A stretch of DNA of 64,000 nt from Oligoflexales bacterium (GTDB lineage Bacteria > Bdellovibrionota_B > Oligoflexia > Oligoflexales > JALZUQ01). The stretch spans positions 37,045 through 101,044 of the forward strand of contig JALZUO010000008.1 in assembly GCA_023301565.1 (NCBI GenBank). Reading direction: 5' to 3'. Positions 18,601-26,384 of the stretch are shown in pieces. Under the pieces are notes generated by a model, which was given only the letters and a program-made list of their open reading frames with translations, did no database searches and was not told the origin of the DNA. Every line of letters starts with the position of its first letter. Positions within the stretch are counted from its first letter, which is position 1. Made by a program: the position numbers and the translations under genes.

Positions 18601-19797
18601 GTGCGAGCAAATATACTTTTAGCTGGATTGATGTTGGTGCTGATGGCCTCATATGGGTGTAGATCTGTAGGTGATAATAGCTCCCTTTTAGGTAAAGGCG
18701 GCATTGGCAACTTGCATGGTTGTGAAATAGTGAACCAGACCTGCGTAGGGAAATGTCCGTACGACCTTCAAAGGACTGCTGCTGATCTTCCAAAACTTCA
18801 CCCGCCTTTACTGGCCGTACTAGGTACCCGTCTTGTATCAGGTAGTAAATCAGACAATGCTGTAAAAACTTTTTTAGAAAAAGCTGGAATTTCTGAGTGG
18901 TCAGATGTTTATAGCAAGAAGTATATAGATGCCTTTAGTGGAAAATCTCCAAACGGAGATGGTGCAGAGGGCTTTAGATTAGCTCTAGCTGAGGATACAA
19001 AAAAGGTATTGGCAGGTATTCCAGCCGACCAACGTGCCGATTTTGTAATGCGAACTGCCACCACTATTGCTGCTTTGATTACAGACGGTCAAACGCACGA
19101 TGTAAAAGGGTTGCTTGCACAAGGGCTTATGGAAGCAGACATAAAAAACTTAGTTTCTGGAATCAATACACCTGAAATGAAAATAGCTTTAAAAACACTT
19201 GAAGCAGCAAAAGAATCCACGAAGCTAGCATTGTCTGGTAATTTTGATGCAATGGATCAAATGCAGCGGATTTTAAAAAGTCTTGGAGATGAAGCAAAGC
19301 GCACTACCTTTGCAGGAGCCAATGGCGATGCTTTCAAAACGACTGCCTATGAAACTGCATCAGTCTTAGCAGCTGATCTAGAGGCTATTGAGCGTGTTCG
19401 GTTGGGTCAGCCAAACCAAATTATGCCTCCTGAAATAGCAAGCTTGGTCGGTGAAAATGGTCATGCTGAAGGCGTTGTACATGCTTCAGCTCTTAAGTTG
19501 TGGTTCAACGGTAAAGCTCCAGGTGCAAACCAACGGGGTGGTGAAATTACACGTGGAGCATCTAATGTAATGGTTGCAACCGGTAAAAATATGGATGCCG
19601 ACGCAAGTTATGCACAGGCTGCAGAGAGACTACCTAGGGGTTTTGGCGCTGCTTTGGTAGATTCCGCAGATGCGACAACTAGGGTAAGAGCTTTAAGTCA
19701 AAGAGCAAAATCAAGGGACATTCTGCAATCGGCCGCTAGAAAAAAATCTGCAGCTGGCACTGCGGCTAGAAATTTTTCTGCGAAGACTGCTCTTTAA
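18601..19797 (+). CDS. Hypothetical lipoprotein, Ala-rich helical (operon gene 4 of 5)
   Basis: It has a GTG start with a strong SD. The lipobox reads LVLMASYGC|RSV. A Cys cluster (CEIVNQTCVGKC) lies near the N-terminus, and there is no recognisable family motif. Confidence 0.7.
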   Translation: MRANILLAGLMLVLMASYGCRSVGDNSSLLGKGGIGNLHGCEIVNQTCVGKCPYDLQRTAADLPKLHPPLLAVLGTRLVSGSKSDNAVKTFLEKAGISEWSDVYSKKYIDAFSGKSPNGDGAEGFRLALAEDTKKVLAGIPADQRADFVMRTATTIAALITDGQTHDVKGLLAQGLMEADIKNLVSGINTPEMKIALKTLEAAKESTKLALSGNFDAMDQMQRILKSLGDEAKRTTFAGANGDAFKTTAYETASVLAADLEAIERVRLGQPNQIMPPEIASLVGENGHAEGVVHASALKLWFNGKAPGANQRGGEITRGASNVMVATGKNMDADASYAQAAERLPRGFGAALVDSADATTRVRALSQRAKSRDILQSAARKKSAAGTAARNFSAKTAL

Positions 19798-19800
19798 GGT

Positions 19801-21363
19801 ATGAATCATAAAAATGTGAAGAGTCTGTTTTTTTTATTCTTCGCCTTTGTATTGGTAGGCTGCAAATCTCCAAATAGCAATATTTTGGGTGGTTCGCAGC
19901 CTTCTGATTTTACGGTAAACCCTTTTAAGCTGCGGCAAGCGGACACAAACTCACTTCACAGTTTTTCTATCCCAAAAAAGATCTTGGCCATTGGAACTCG
20001 GTTGAGTGATCTTAGTTTTTACCGTCTCGGTCGGGATGACCAGTCCCTTTCTATGTCTATTTTTGATAGCCAGCCAACTTTAGCTCCACCGCCCACAAAC
20101 CCTGATTTTGGGAAGCTTTTGAGGAAGGCTCAAAAGCCAGGAGCTCGCGTAGATGCGCTCATAACTTCCTTGGACTTTAGTCATGACGGAAACGTGTTGG
20201 CTGTTGGTACAGAGTCTGGCGTACATTTGTACGAGTTTTTATATGATCAAAACGGCGAAATTCTAGATATTTGCGAAGAGAGTGTCGATAACTTTCTGCC
20301 TGGTCAACCGATAGAATCGGTCCGTTTTACTGGTCACGACCTAAAAGCAAAAAAGTTGCTTTATAGGCTGGTTTCACAAACGAAACCAGGCATTTTGCAT
20401 ATCTCGGTAATTTTACCTAGGGTAGCGCGAAACGAAGATGGCAGTACTATCCCCGCTAAAGTGTGTTCAGCTCGTGCGGGCAGTGGAAACCTAGCAGACG
20501 ATGCTACCTATATTCATACAGTGCCAATGCTAAAATTGCTGCCTGCAATCGGCCAAACTGAATTACATGCAAAAAACTGGATTGGACTACAGTTTAACTC
20601 AGTTGGTAAATATATAAATGAAGCTTTTAATTATCCGTCTAAAATGCTTCGAGTAGAAGGGCCTTTTATAGAGACTAAAAAATCTATTCTGAGCCCCTAT
20701 ATAGCAGGCTACTCAATGCAATATGTTTATTTGATTAGATTCGCAGATGGCACAACACGGTATCTCTATGAAGCTCCAAACCACAAAGCTCTGCAAGGTT
20801 GGAACCTGGTCTACGACAAGTCCAAGCCACATATTAAAGAGGTATATTCATTTAGCTCGAATAAAACTCGAATGATGCTCAGTTACTTGGGTAATAGGGT
20901 ATTTGTAAGTGAATTTAGTTCTTATGGTGAAGAGTACTTTTATGATGCGACCAAGGTTAATATTGGCGAAGAAAAAGCAAACGAGCTTTACAATACTATT
21001 TACACGAGCAAGCAAAAGGCCTTGATGCGCCGGGTTAAAAAATTAGGTGTACGTTTTTTTACACCCAGTAATTCCAAGTTTTGGGTGACTTCGTCTTATC
21101 CAGACAGAACCAAAAACCTTTTTTGGTTGTTTTCGCCAAAACACAATATAATCACGGTTTATTTGACTCCATGGCACCTGCACCCAATTCAAGAGGGCTC
21201 AAAGAATAACCGGGTTTTGTTTTCAAAAGACCCAGCTCTTAGAGGTTGGATTCCAGATACAGAGCAGGTTTGGCCAATAGACCACGAACGGCTTCTTTCA
21301 CGTCACCCTGATGGAACGCTTTACTGCCTTGACTTTAAGAAGGCTAGCTGTGGACCGCTTTAG
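19801..21363 (+). CDS. Hypothetical lipoprotein, possible beta-propeller-like (operon gene 5 of 5)
   Basis: It starts 3 nt after the gene 4 stop. The lipobox reads FAFVLVGC|KSP. One WD40-like strand motif is present (DFSHDGNVLAVGTESGVHLYEF); otherwise there are no family motifs. Confidence 0.7.
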   Translation: MNHKNVKSLFFLFFAFVLVGCKSPNSNILGGSQPSDFTVNPFKLRQADTNSLHSFSIPKKILAIGTRLSDLSFYRLGRDDQSLSMSIFDSQPTLAPPPTNPDFGKLLRKAQKPGARVDALITSLDFSHDGNVLAVGTESGVHLYEFLYDQNGEILDICEESVDNFLPGQPIESVRFTGHDLKAKKLLYRLVSQTKPGILHISVILPRVARNEDGSTIPAKVCSARAGSGNLADDATYIHTVPMLKLLPAIGQTELHAKNWIGLQFNSVGKYINEAFNYPSKMLRVEGPFIETKKSILSPYIAGYSMQYVYLIRFADGTTRYLYEAPNHKALQGWNLVYDKSKPHIKEVYSFSSNKTRMMLSYLGNRVFVSEFSSYGEEYFYDATKVNIGEEKANELYNTIYTSKQKALMRRVKKLGVRFFTPSNSKFWVTSSYPDRTKNLFWLFSPKHNIITVYLTPWHLHPIQEGSKNNRVLFSKDPALRGWIPDTEQVWPIDHERLLSRHPDGTLYCLDFKKASCGPL

Positions 21364-21463
21364 GTTTGGCAGACCATCCTGGTTTTTTGTTTTCTGATTT
21401 TGCACCTTGCCACAATTTTCGCTAAAGTTTGTTTAGTCAAACCGCCCAGAAAATTGAGGTTTT

Positions 21464-22465
21464 ATGCAATTTTTTTCCGTTCTATGTCTTACTGTTCTTT
21501 TTGTTTTGCCTAGCGCATTTTTAAGCTCAGCTTCTGCCGAGCCCCTCTACCGCATCAAAGGAAAAACCGTTACAGGAGTGACGCTTAACCCTGTAAAGCA
21601 GTCAGTCTTTAATCAGCTAAAGGTTAATTACTACGAGGCTAAACTTAGGTTTGCCAAAGATCAGGTTCTAGAAGCTTACTACGACAAACTTGCTGCCAAA
21701 GAAGGTAAAACAAGGCTAGAGGTTGAAAAAGAGCTTTTGCATGTAAAAAAACTTAACCAAGAAGAACTCAAAGAGTTTTATAACAATAATAAAGAAAATA
21801 TCCCTTACCCTTACTTTTTAGTCAAAGATAAGCTGGCGGATTACTACAAAGGGTTTGCCAAAGAAGATCTTCGAGAAAAGGTTTTTAAAAAAGCCAGAAA
21901 AAGCCTAAACGCTAAGATTTTGTTACCTAAGCCCGTTGCCGGGACAATAGCTATCGACACTTCTTTGTACGCAAAAAAAAGCTCTGACAAGGCCAGGCAC
22001 ACATTGATTAAGGTGGGTGACTATCAATGTCCATACTGTAAATCGGCACATAAACTGCTGCCAGGCATTTTAGAAAAGCTCGGTAAAAAGGTTGAGTTTG
22101 TCTATGTGGACTTCTTCAACCCATCCTCAAGAGGCGGTAAGGCCGTAGCAGAGGTCGCCTACTGTATTCGAAAACATAAAAGTGACTCCGCATATTGGGC
22201 TTACCATGACCACGCCTATAAAAATCAAATGATGATGTTTTCTACCTCTGCCGGCAGGCGTTTTGCTGAAGAGACTAAAAACTGGGATACAAAAGTTGAA
22301 AAGTGCTACACAAGCAAGGAGGGCACAAAGTTTGTAAATGCATCGCATGAATTTGCAAAAGATTTGGGAGTGACAGAAACCCCCACCTTTTTTCTCGATG
22401 GGAAAAAGATGAAGCTACCAGCGACTGAAAAGCTTGCGGTCAAAAAAATCCGCAAGCTTATGTGA
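21464..22465 (+). CDS. DsbA-family thiol:disulfide oxidoreductase with N-terminal helical extension
   Basis: It has a signal peptide and the thioredoxin-fold active site GDYQCPYCKSAH (CPYC). The C-terminal TPTFFLDGKK is typical of DsbA-like proteins. Confidence 0.8.
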   Translation: MQFFSVLCLTVLFVLPSAFLSSASAEPLYRIKGKTVTGVTLNPVKQSVFNQLKVNYYEAKLRFAKDQVLEAYYDKLAAKEGKTRLEVEKELLHVKKLNQEELKEFYNNNKENIPYPYFLVKDKLADYYKGFAKEDLREKVFKKARKSLNAKILLPKPVAGTIAIDTSLYAKKSSDKARHTLIKVGDYQCPYCKSAHKLLPGILEKLGKKVEFVYVDFFNPSSRGGKAVAEVAYCIRKHKSDSAYWAYHDHAYKNQMMMFSTSAGRRFAEETKNWDTKVEKCYTSKEGTKFVNASHEFAKDLGVTETPTFFLDGKKMKLPATEKLAVKKIRKLM

Positions 22466-22631
22466 CTATATCGCTACGAGTCGAGGTTTAGGTTCCAAGT
22501 TTTTTTCAGCTGTAGTTAGAAATATTTAGGGCAAGGTCGTGCGCGAATGGGGCGGACTGAAATAAACTTTAAAGCTACTGATTGGTAGATAGCTATTTCA
22601 GTGGTCTGCTGCCAAGATAGGTTGTGTGGGG

Positions 22632-22934
22632 CTATATTTCTTCATCTTCGACAACGTTGTCAAACAAGTCGTTGTCTGCAACGTCACCAGCTTCACCGTC
22701 TGGGTCTGTGTAGGCCGAGTACTGTTCTTCAAAATCATTTGGGACGTCTTCGCTATCTGCTTCATCTAGGGAGTCTTCCCACTCAGCGTGTTCGTCATCG
22801 TCCATTTCAGCGACTGTGTACTCTTCCATCTGTAGGTCAGGGTTTTGGTCTAGCCAATCCATTCCTGCTTCTTCGGAATCAAATCCAAGTTTGACCGTTG
22901 TACCTTCTACACTGTGCATCACTTTCCAAGCCAT
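22632..22934 (-). CDS. Small hyper-acidic protein (hypothetical)
   Basis: It is 100 aa. About a third of the residues are Asp/Glu, there are only two Lys and no Arg. The opposite-strand ORF 22601-22894 is Arg/Cys/Leu-rich and looks like an antisense artefact. Confidence 0.5.
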   Translation of the reverse strand: MAWKVMHSVEGTTVKLGFDSEEAGMDWLDQNPDLQMEEYTVAEMDDDEHAEWEDSLDEADSEDVPNDFEEQYSAYTDPDGEAGDVADNDLFDNVVEDEEI

Positions 22935-23266
22935 CGCTTCTTCGCTTCCAATTCTATGTATATTTTCTGAAACTGATTTATAAGAGCTTCACCCAGAGCG
23001 ACTAGAATAGCTTTAGATGGGCCCTCAGACCGAAGATGCCTAAAATAGGTGAGCTTTTCAAGCCCCTGAGTCCCTTGCCTTTTAAGCTATAAAAGTGTAT
23101 AATAAAAAGGCACTACTTGGCAACCGGTAGATAGCCGGTCAACAAGTGCGAGCCAAACTAAAGCCGCTTGGTTTCTAAGGCGGCCCCCCCAAAAAAAAAC
23201 TACCAATTCACTAACAAAAAAAAGCTTTCTAATCTAACTCACTAAAAATAAAGAGGTCTTCTAAGT

Positions 23267-24325
23267 GTGAATGCTCCGAATGTTAAAACAGCCCCAAAAA
23301 CCAGCCTTGTATGGCTCTACGTACTTGCTTGGGTATTTTCCTCTTCTCTATATAGCCAAGCCGGTGGCCACCAAATCCCGGTAAATAAATCAAAAATCCC
23401 GGCCCTCAAAGATGTTCCTTACGAGCTAGGTTGGCCAGTCCGTTCTGTCAAAAAACCTAGGCACACTAGAAAAAACAAAACGATGGACCACACGGCCAAG
23501 CCTAGAGCAAAGGGTGCATTCCAGACCAGTAATCCACACCAAAAACTTGGTTTCTCTGTTGGTTTTGCAGGGGCTGGAAGTGCTGCAGATTCAGATACTA
23601 GCTCGACCCATCACGCCTCAGGTTTTGCCCCATCGAATTTAAGCCGAAGTGTGCTAACCACGCGAGGGCCTGTTAGCCCAGGTGAATTCACCTCTTCGCA
23701 GCTAGACTCTGCGCAGCCTTCTGATAGCTTGATCTTACAAGCCAAAGATAAATCAAAACTTCATGCAGAAGCTCACTATAGTTTTAGAGCTACAAAGCTG
23801 GGAAACTCTAGATTAATCGACGGAGTTTGGATCCAAACCGGTCTTGGCTGGCAGCAAAATCGCGAAGACTTTTCACAGTCCATCGAGGAAACGAATACCC
23901 TAAACTTTCGCAGCCAGGGCCCACGTGCATCACTAGCTGTGTTTGTTCCTTTTACAATGGGAAGTTTCAGTCTGAACCCAGGCATGGGGGTTTCTTTGTC
24001 GAGGCTTCAACATAGCGCAGCACTATTTGTTTCCGAAGGCGACGCTAGCTTTAGCTCTGAGGCAGATGCCAAAGCTAGCTGGAGCCAAGAGTATCGCCCG
24101 GAGCTCACAGCGGCTTACCAAATTGGCCGCGTGCAAATAGAAGCTTCCGTCGGTTATTCCATCTCTTCTGAGAGCCAAAAGTCGGTATCCTTTGATTCAG
24201 CCTCGCAGACTGCCGGAGCTGGAACCCCTCTGGTTAGCGTCGAAAACCAAGGTTTAGATTGGACTATTGAAAAGCAGAAAAACCGCTCTTTGCAGTGGGG
24301 AGTTGGTTTAAAGATAGGTCTTTAA
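23267..24325 (+). CDS. Secreted protein with C-terminal beta-barrel-like region (hypothetical OMP)
   Basis: It has a GTG start with AAAGAGG upstream and a signal peptide (LYVLAWVFSSSLYSQA). The C-terminal half has alternating Ser/Gly/aromatic segments, and the gene is followed by a clean terminator. Confidence 0.65.
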   Translation: MNAPNVKTAPKTSLVWLYVLAWVFSSSLYSQAGGHQIPVNKSKIPALKDVPYELGWPVRSVKKPRHTRKNKTMDHTAKPRAKGAFQTSNPHQKLGFSVGFAGAGSAADSDTSSTHHASGFAPSNLSRSVLTTRGPVSPGEFTSSQLDSAQPSDSLILQAKDKSKLHAEAHYSFRATKLGNSRLIDGVWIQTGLGWQQNREDFSQSIEETNTLNFRSQGPRASLAVFVPFTMGSFSLNPGMGVSLSRLQHSAALFVSEGDASFSSEADAKASWSQEYRPELTAAYQIGRVQIEASVGYSISSESQKSVSFDSASQTAGAGTPLVSVENQGLDWTIEKQKNRSLQWGVGLKIGL

Positions 24326-24340
24326 GTAAAAGATTCTAGA

Positions 24341-24366
24341 GTTAGGTGATTTTCCTAACTTTTTTC
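24341..24366 (+). terminator. Rho-independent terminator
   Basis: The GTTAGG-tgatttt-CCTAAC hairpin is followed by T6, 16 nt after the stop of 23267-24325. Confidence 0.7.
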
Positions 24367-24372
24367 CATAGA

Positions 24373-24852
24373 TCAGATTTTTTTTGGCTTCCCGACTTTT
24401 TTGACCAGAGCAAAGTGCTCTTTTTCAACTGGTTGAATGCTAAGCCTTTGGCCGCGCTTACACACGAGCATATTGGATAGCTCAGGGTGTTCTTTAAGCT
24501 CAGCAAGACTGATGAAGCTGCCAAGTTCGTGCGTAGCCTGCACGTCGACCATAAACCAACGAGGATTTTCTTTGCTGGATTTTGGGTCGTAGTATTTATT
24601 GCGTTTATCCCAAGAAAAATGGTCTGGGTAACCTTCTTTGACAATGGTCCCAACGCCTGCAATCCCAGCCGGGTTTGCGTTGGAATGATAGATGAGCACC
24701 CCGTCACCGACTTTGAAGTCGTCGCGCATAAAGTTTCTGGCCTGGTAGTTACGAACACCTTCCCAGTGCGTGGTCTGTCCTTTTGCTTTCGCAAAGTCTT
24801 GGATAGACCACGTGCTGGGTTCGGTTTTCATAAGCCAATAACGTTTTGCCAT
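24373..24852 (-). CDS. EVE (PUA-like) domain protein
   Basis: MAKRYWLMKTEPSTWSIQDF...WEGVRNYQARNFMRDDFKVGDGVLIYHSN matches the EVE-domain N-terminal consensus. It lies 24 nt downstream of gltA. Confidence 0.85.
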   Translation of the reverse strand: MAKRYWLMKTEPSTWSIQDFAKAKGQTTHWEGVRNYQARNFMRDDFKVGDGVLIYHSNANPAGIAGVGTIVKEGYPDHFSWDKRNKYYDPKSSKENPRWFMVDVQATHELGSFISLAELKEHPELSNMLVCKRGQRLSIQPVEKEHFALVKKVGKPKKI

Positions 24853-24876
24853 AGCAGTTTTATCTTTACTTTATAG

Positions 24877-26175
24877 TTATCTTTGCTCGATAGGTATGTA
24901 CGGAGTTTCTGTTGGTCCCGTATATACCTGGCGTGGACGACCGATCTTAGACTGTGGATCTTGGTGCATTTCTACCCAATGTGCGATCCATCCCGGAAGC
25001 CTTCCTAGTGCAAACATAACCGTAAACATATCGGTCGGGATCTGCAGAGCTTTGTAAATCACACCGCTATAGAAGTCGACGTTTGGATAAAGTTTTCTGT
25101 CTTGAAAGTAAGGGTCTTTGAGTGCCTCTTCTTCGAGTCTTTTAGCAATATCTAAAAGTGGATCGTCGATGCCTTTTTTGGCAAGAAGCTTGTCACAAGA
25201 GCTTTTGATTACTTTGGCTCTTGGGTCGTAGTTTTTGTAAACGCGGTGCCCAAAACCCATCAACCTAAACGCAGAGTCTTTGTCCTTGGCTAGTTGAATT
25301 GCTTTTTTTACGTCGCCACCGTTGTTGTGGATCTCGCGAAGCATCTCGATCACAGCCTGGTTGGCGCCGCCGTGTCTTGGGCCCCAAAGCGCACAGATGC
25401 CCCCTGCGATAGAAGCGAACATGTTGGCATGGCTAGAGCCAATAAGCCTTACAGTTGAGGTAGAGCAGTTTTGCTCGTGGTCTGCATGAAGAATCAAAAG
25501 CTGATTCACCGTCTTGACTACATCTTCATCAATTTCATAGGGCTCACTAGGTACAGCAAACATCATATGCAGAAAGTTCGCACAGTAGCTAAGATCATTT
25601 CGAGGGTAAATAACTGGCTGACCGATGCTTTTCTTGTAGGAATAGGCAGCAATGGTGCGAATTTTACTGAGTACCCTGGGGATCAGCTCGTTCACCTGAT
25701 TCATATCGGTAGGTTCTAAAAAGTCCGGGTAATAGCTCGAAAGAGAGGTGACCATCGAAGATAAAATACCCATAGGGTGGGCCGTAGACGGGTAACCGTC
25801 GAAAAAACGCAGCATATCCATATGGATCAAAGAGTGCCGCGTCAGCATGTCACTAAAGTTTTCTAGCTCGGTTTTTGTCGGCAAATGGCCGTAGATCAAA
25901 AGATAGGAAGTTTCGACAAACGTAGACTTATTTGCAATTTCTTCAATCGGGATACCTCGGTAGCGAAGGATACCTTTTTCACCATCAATAAAGGTGATGG
26001 CACTTTTGCAAGAGCCAGTATTTCCAAACCCATAATCTAGGGCAATGGTATCGCTTGTAGCCCGTAGCTTTGCAATATCGACCGCCGTCTCTCCTTCGGA
26101 GCCCACGTGTACGGGGAGGTCAATTCTTTTACCGTCGATTTCAATATGCGCTTTGCGTCCATCTGCAAGTGTCAT
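24877..26175 (-). CDS. gltA: Citrate synthase
   Basis: It is 432 aa with classic motifs (ILHADHEQNCSTSTVR, MGFGHRVYKNYDPRA, PNVDFYSG). Confidence 0.95.
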   Translation of the reverse strand: MTLADGRKAHIEIDGKRIDLPVHVGSEGETAVDIAKLRATSDTIALDYGFGNTGSCKSAITFIDGEKGILRYRGIPIEEIANKSTFVETSYLLIYGHLPTKTELENFSDMLTRHSLIHMDMLRFFDGYPSTAHPMGILSSMVTSLSSYYPDFLEPTDMNQVNELIPRVLSKIRTIAAYSYKKSIGQPVIYPRNDLSYCANFLHMMFAVPSEPYEIDEDVVKTVNQLLILHADHEQNCSTSTVRLIGSSHANMFASIAGGICALWGPRHGGANQAVIEMLREIHNNGGDVKKAIQLAKDKDSAFRLMGFGHRVYKNYDPRAKVIKSSCDKLLAKKGIDDPLLDIAKRLEEEALKDPYFQDRKLYPNVDFYSGVIYKALQIPTDMFTVMFALGRLPGWIAHWVEMHQDPQSKIGRPRQVYTGPTETPYIPIEQR

Positions 26176-26384
26176 GGATTGTTATCCTTTGTACTCTCAA
26201 GTTGAAGCCTCTTCATTGAGGTCGCGAAATTATCCTATTTCTTGGCGTGGAGTTCAAGTTCCGGTAGTCTTTCAGCCTCTGGGTTAGGCCGATCTGTGCG
26301 CAGCAGATCTAGTGTTTTCTTGGATGGCTTAATTAATAGGCAGAAACCGACAAGCAAAGCTTCGGGTAAGGGAGTTTAAATAAA

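Noticed and set aside
22601-22894. 97-aa plus-strand ORF opposite the acidic protein gene
   Set aside because: Its Arg/Cys/Leu/His-rich composition is typical of the antisense of a GAx-rich gene. It has no signal or motif, so the minus-strand acidic ORF was preferred, though only at moderate confidence.
24342-24794. 150-aa alternative-frame minus ORF overlapping the EVE gene
   Set aside because: The 24373-24852 frame gives a textbook EVE-domain N-terminus, whereas this frame has no motif and overlaps the terminator hairpin.
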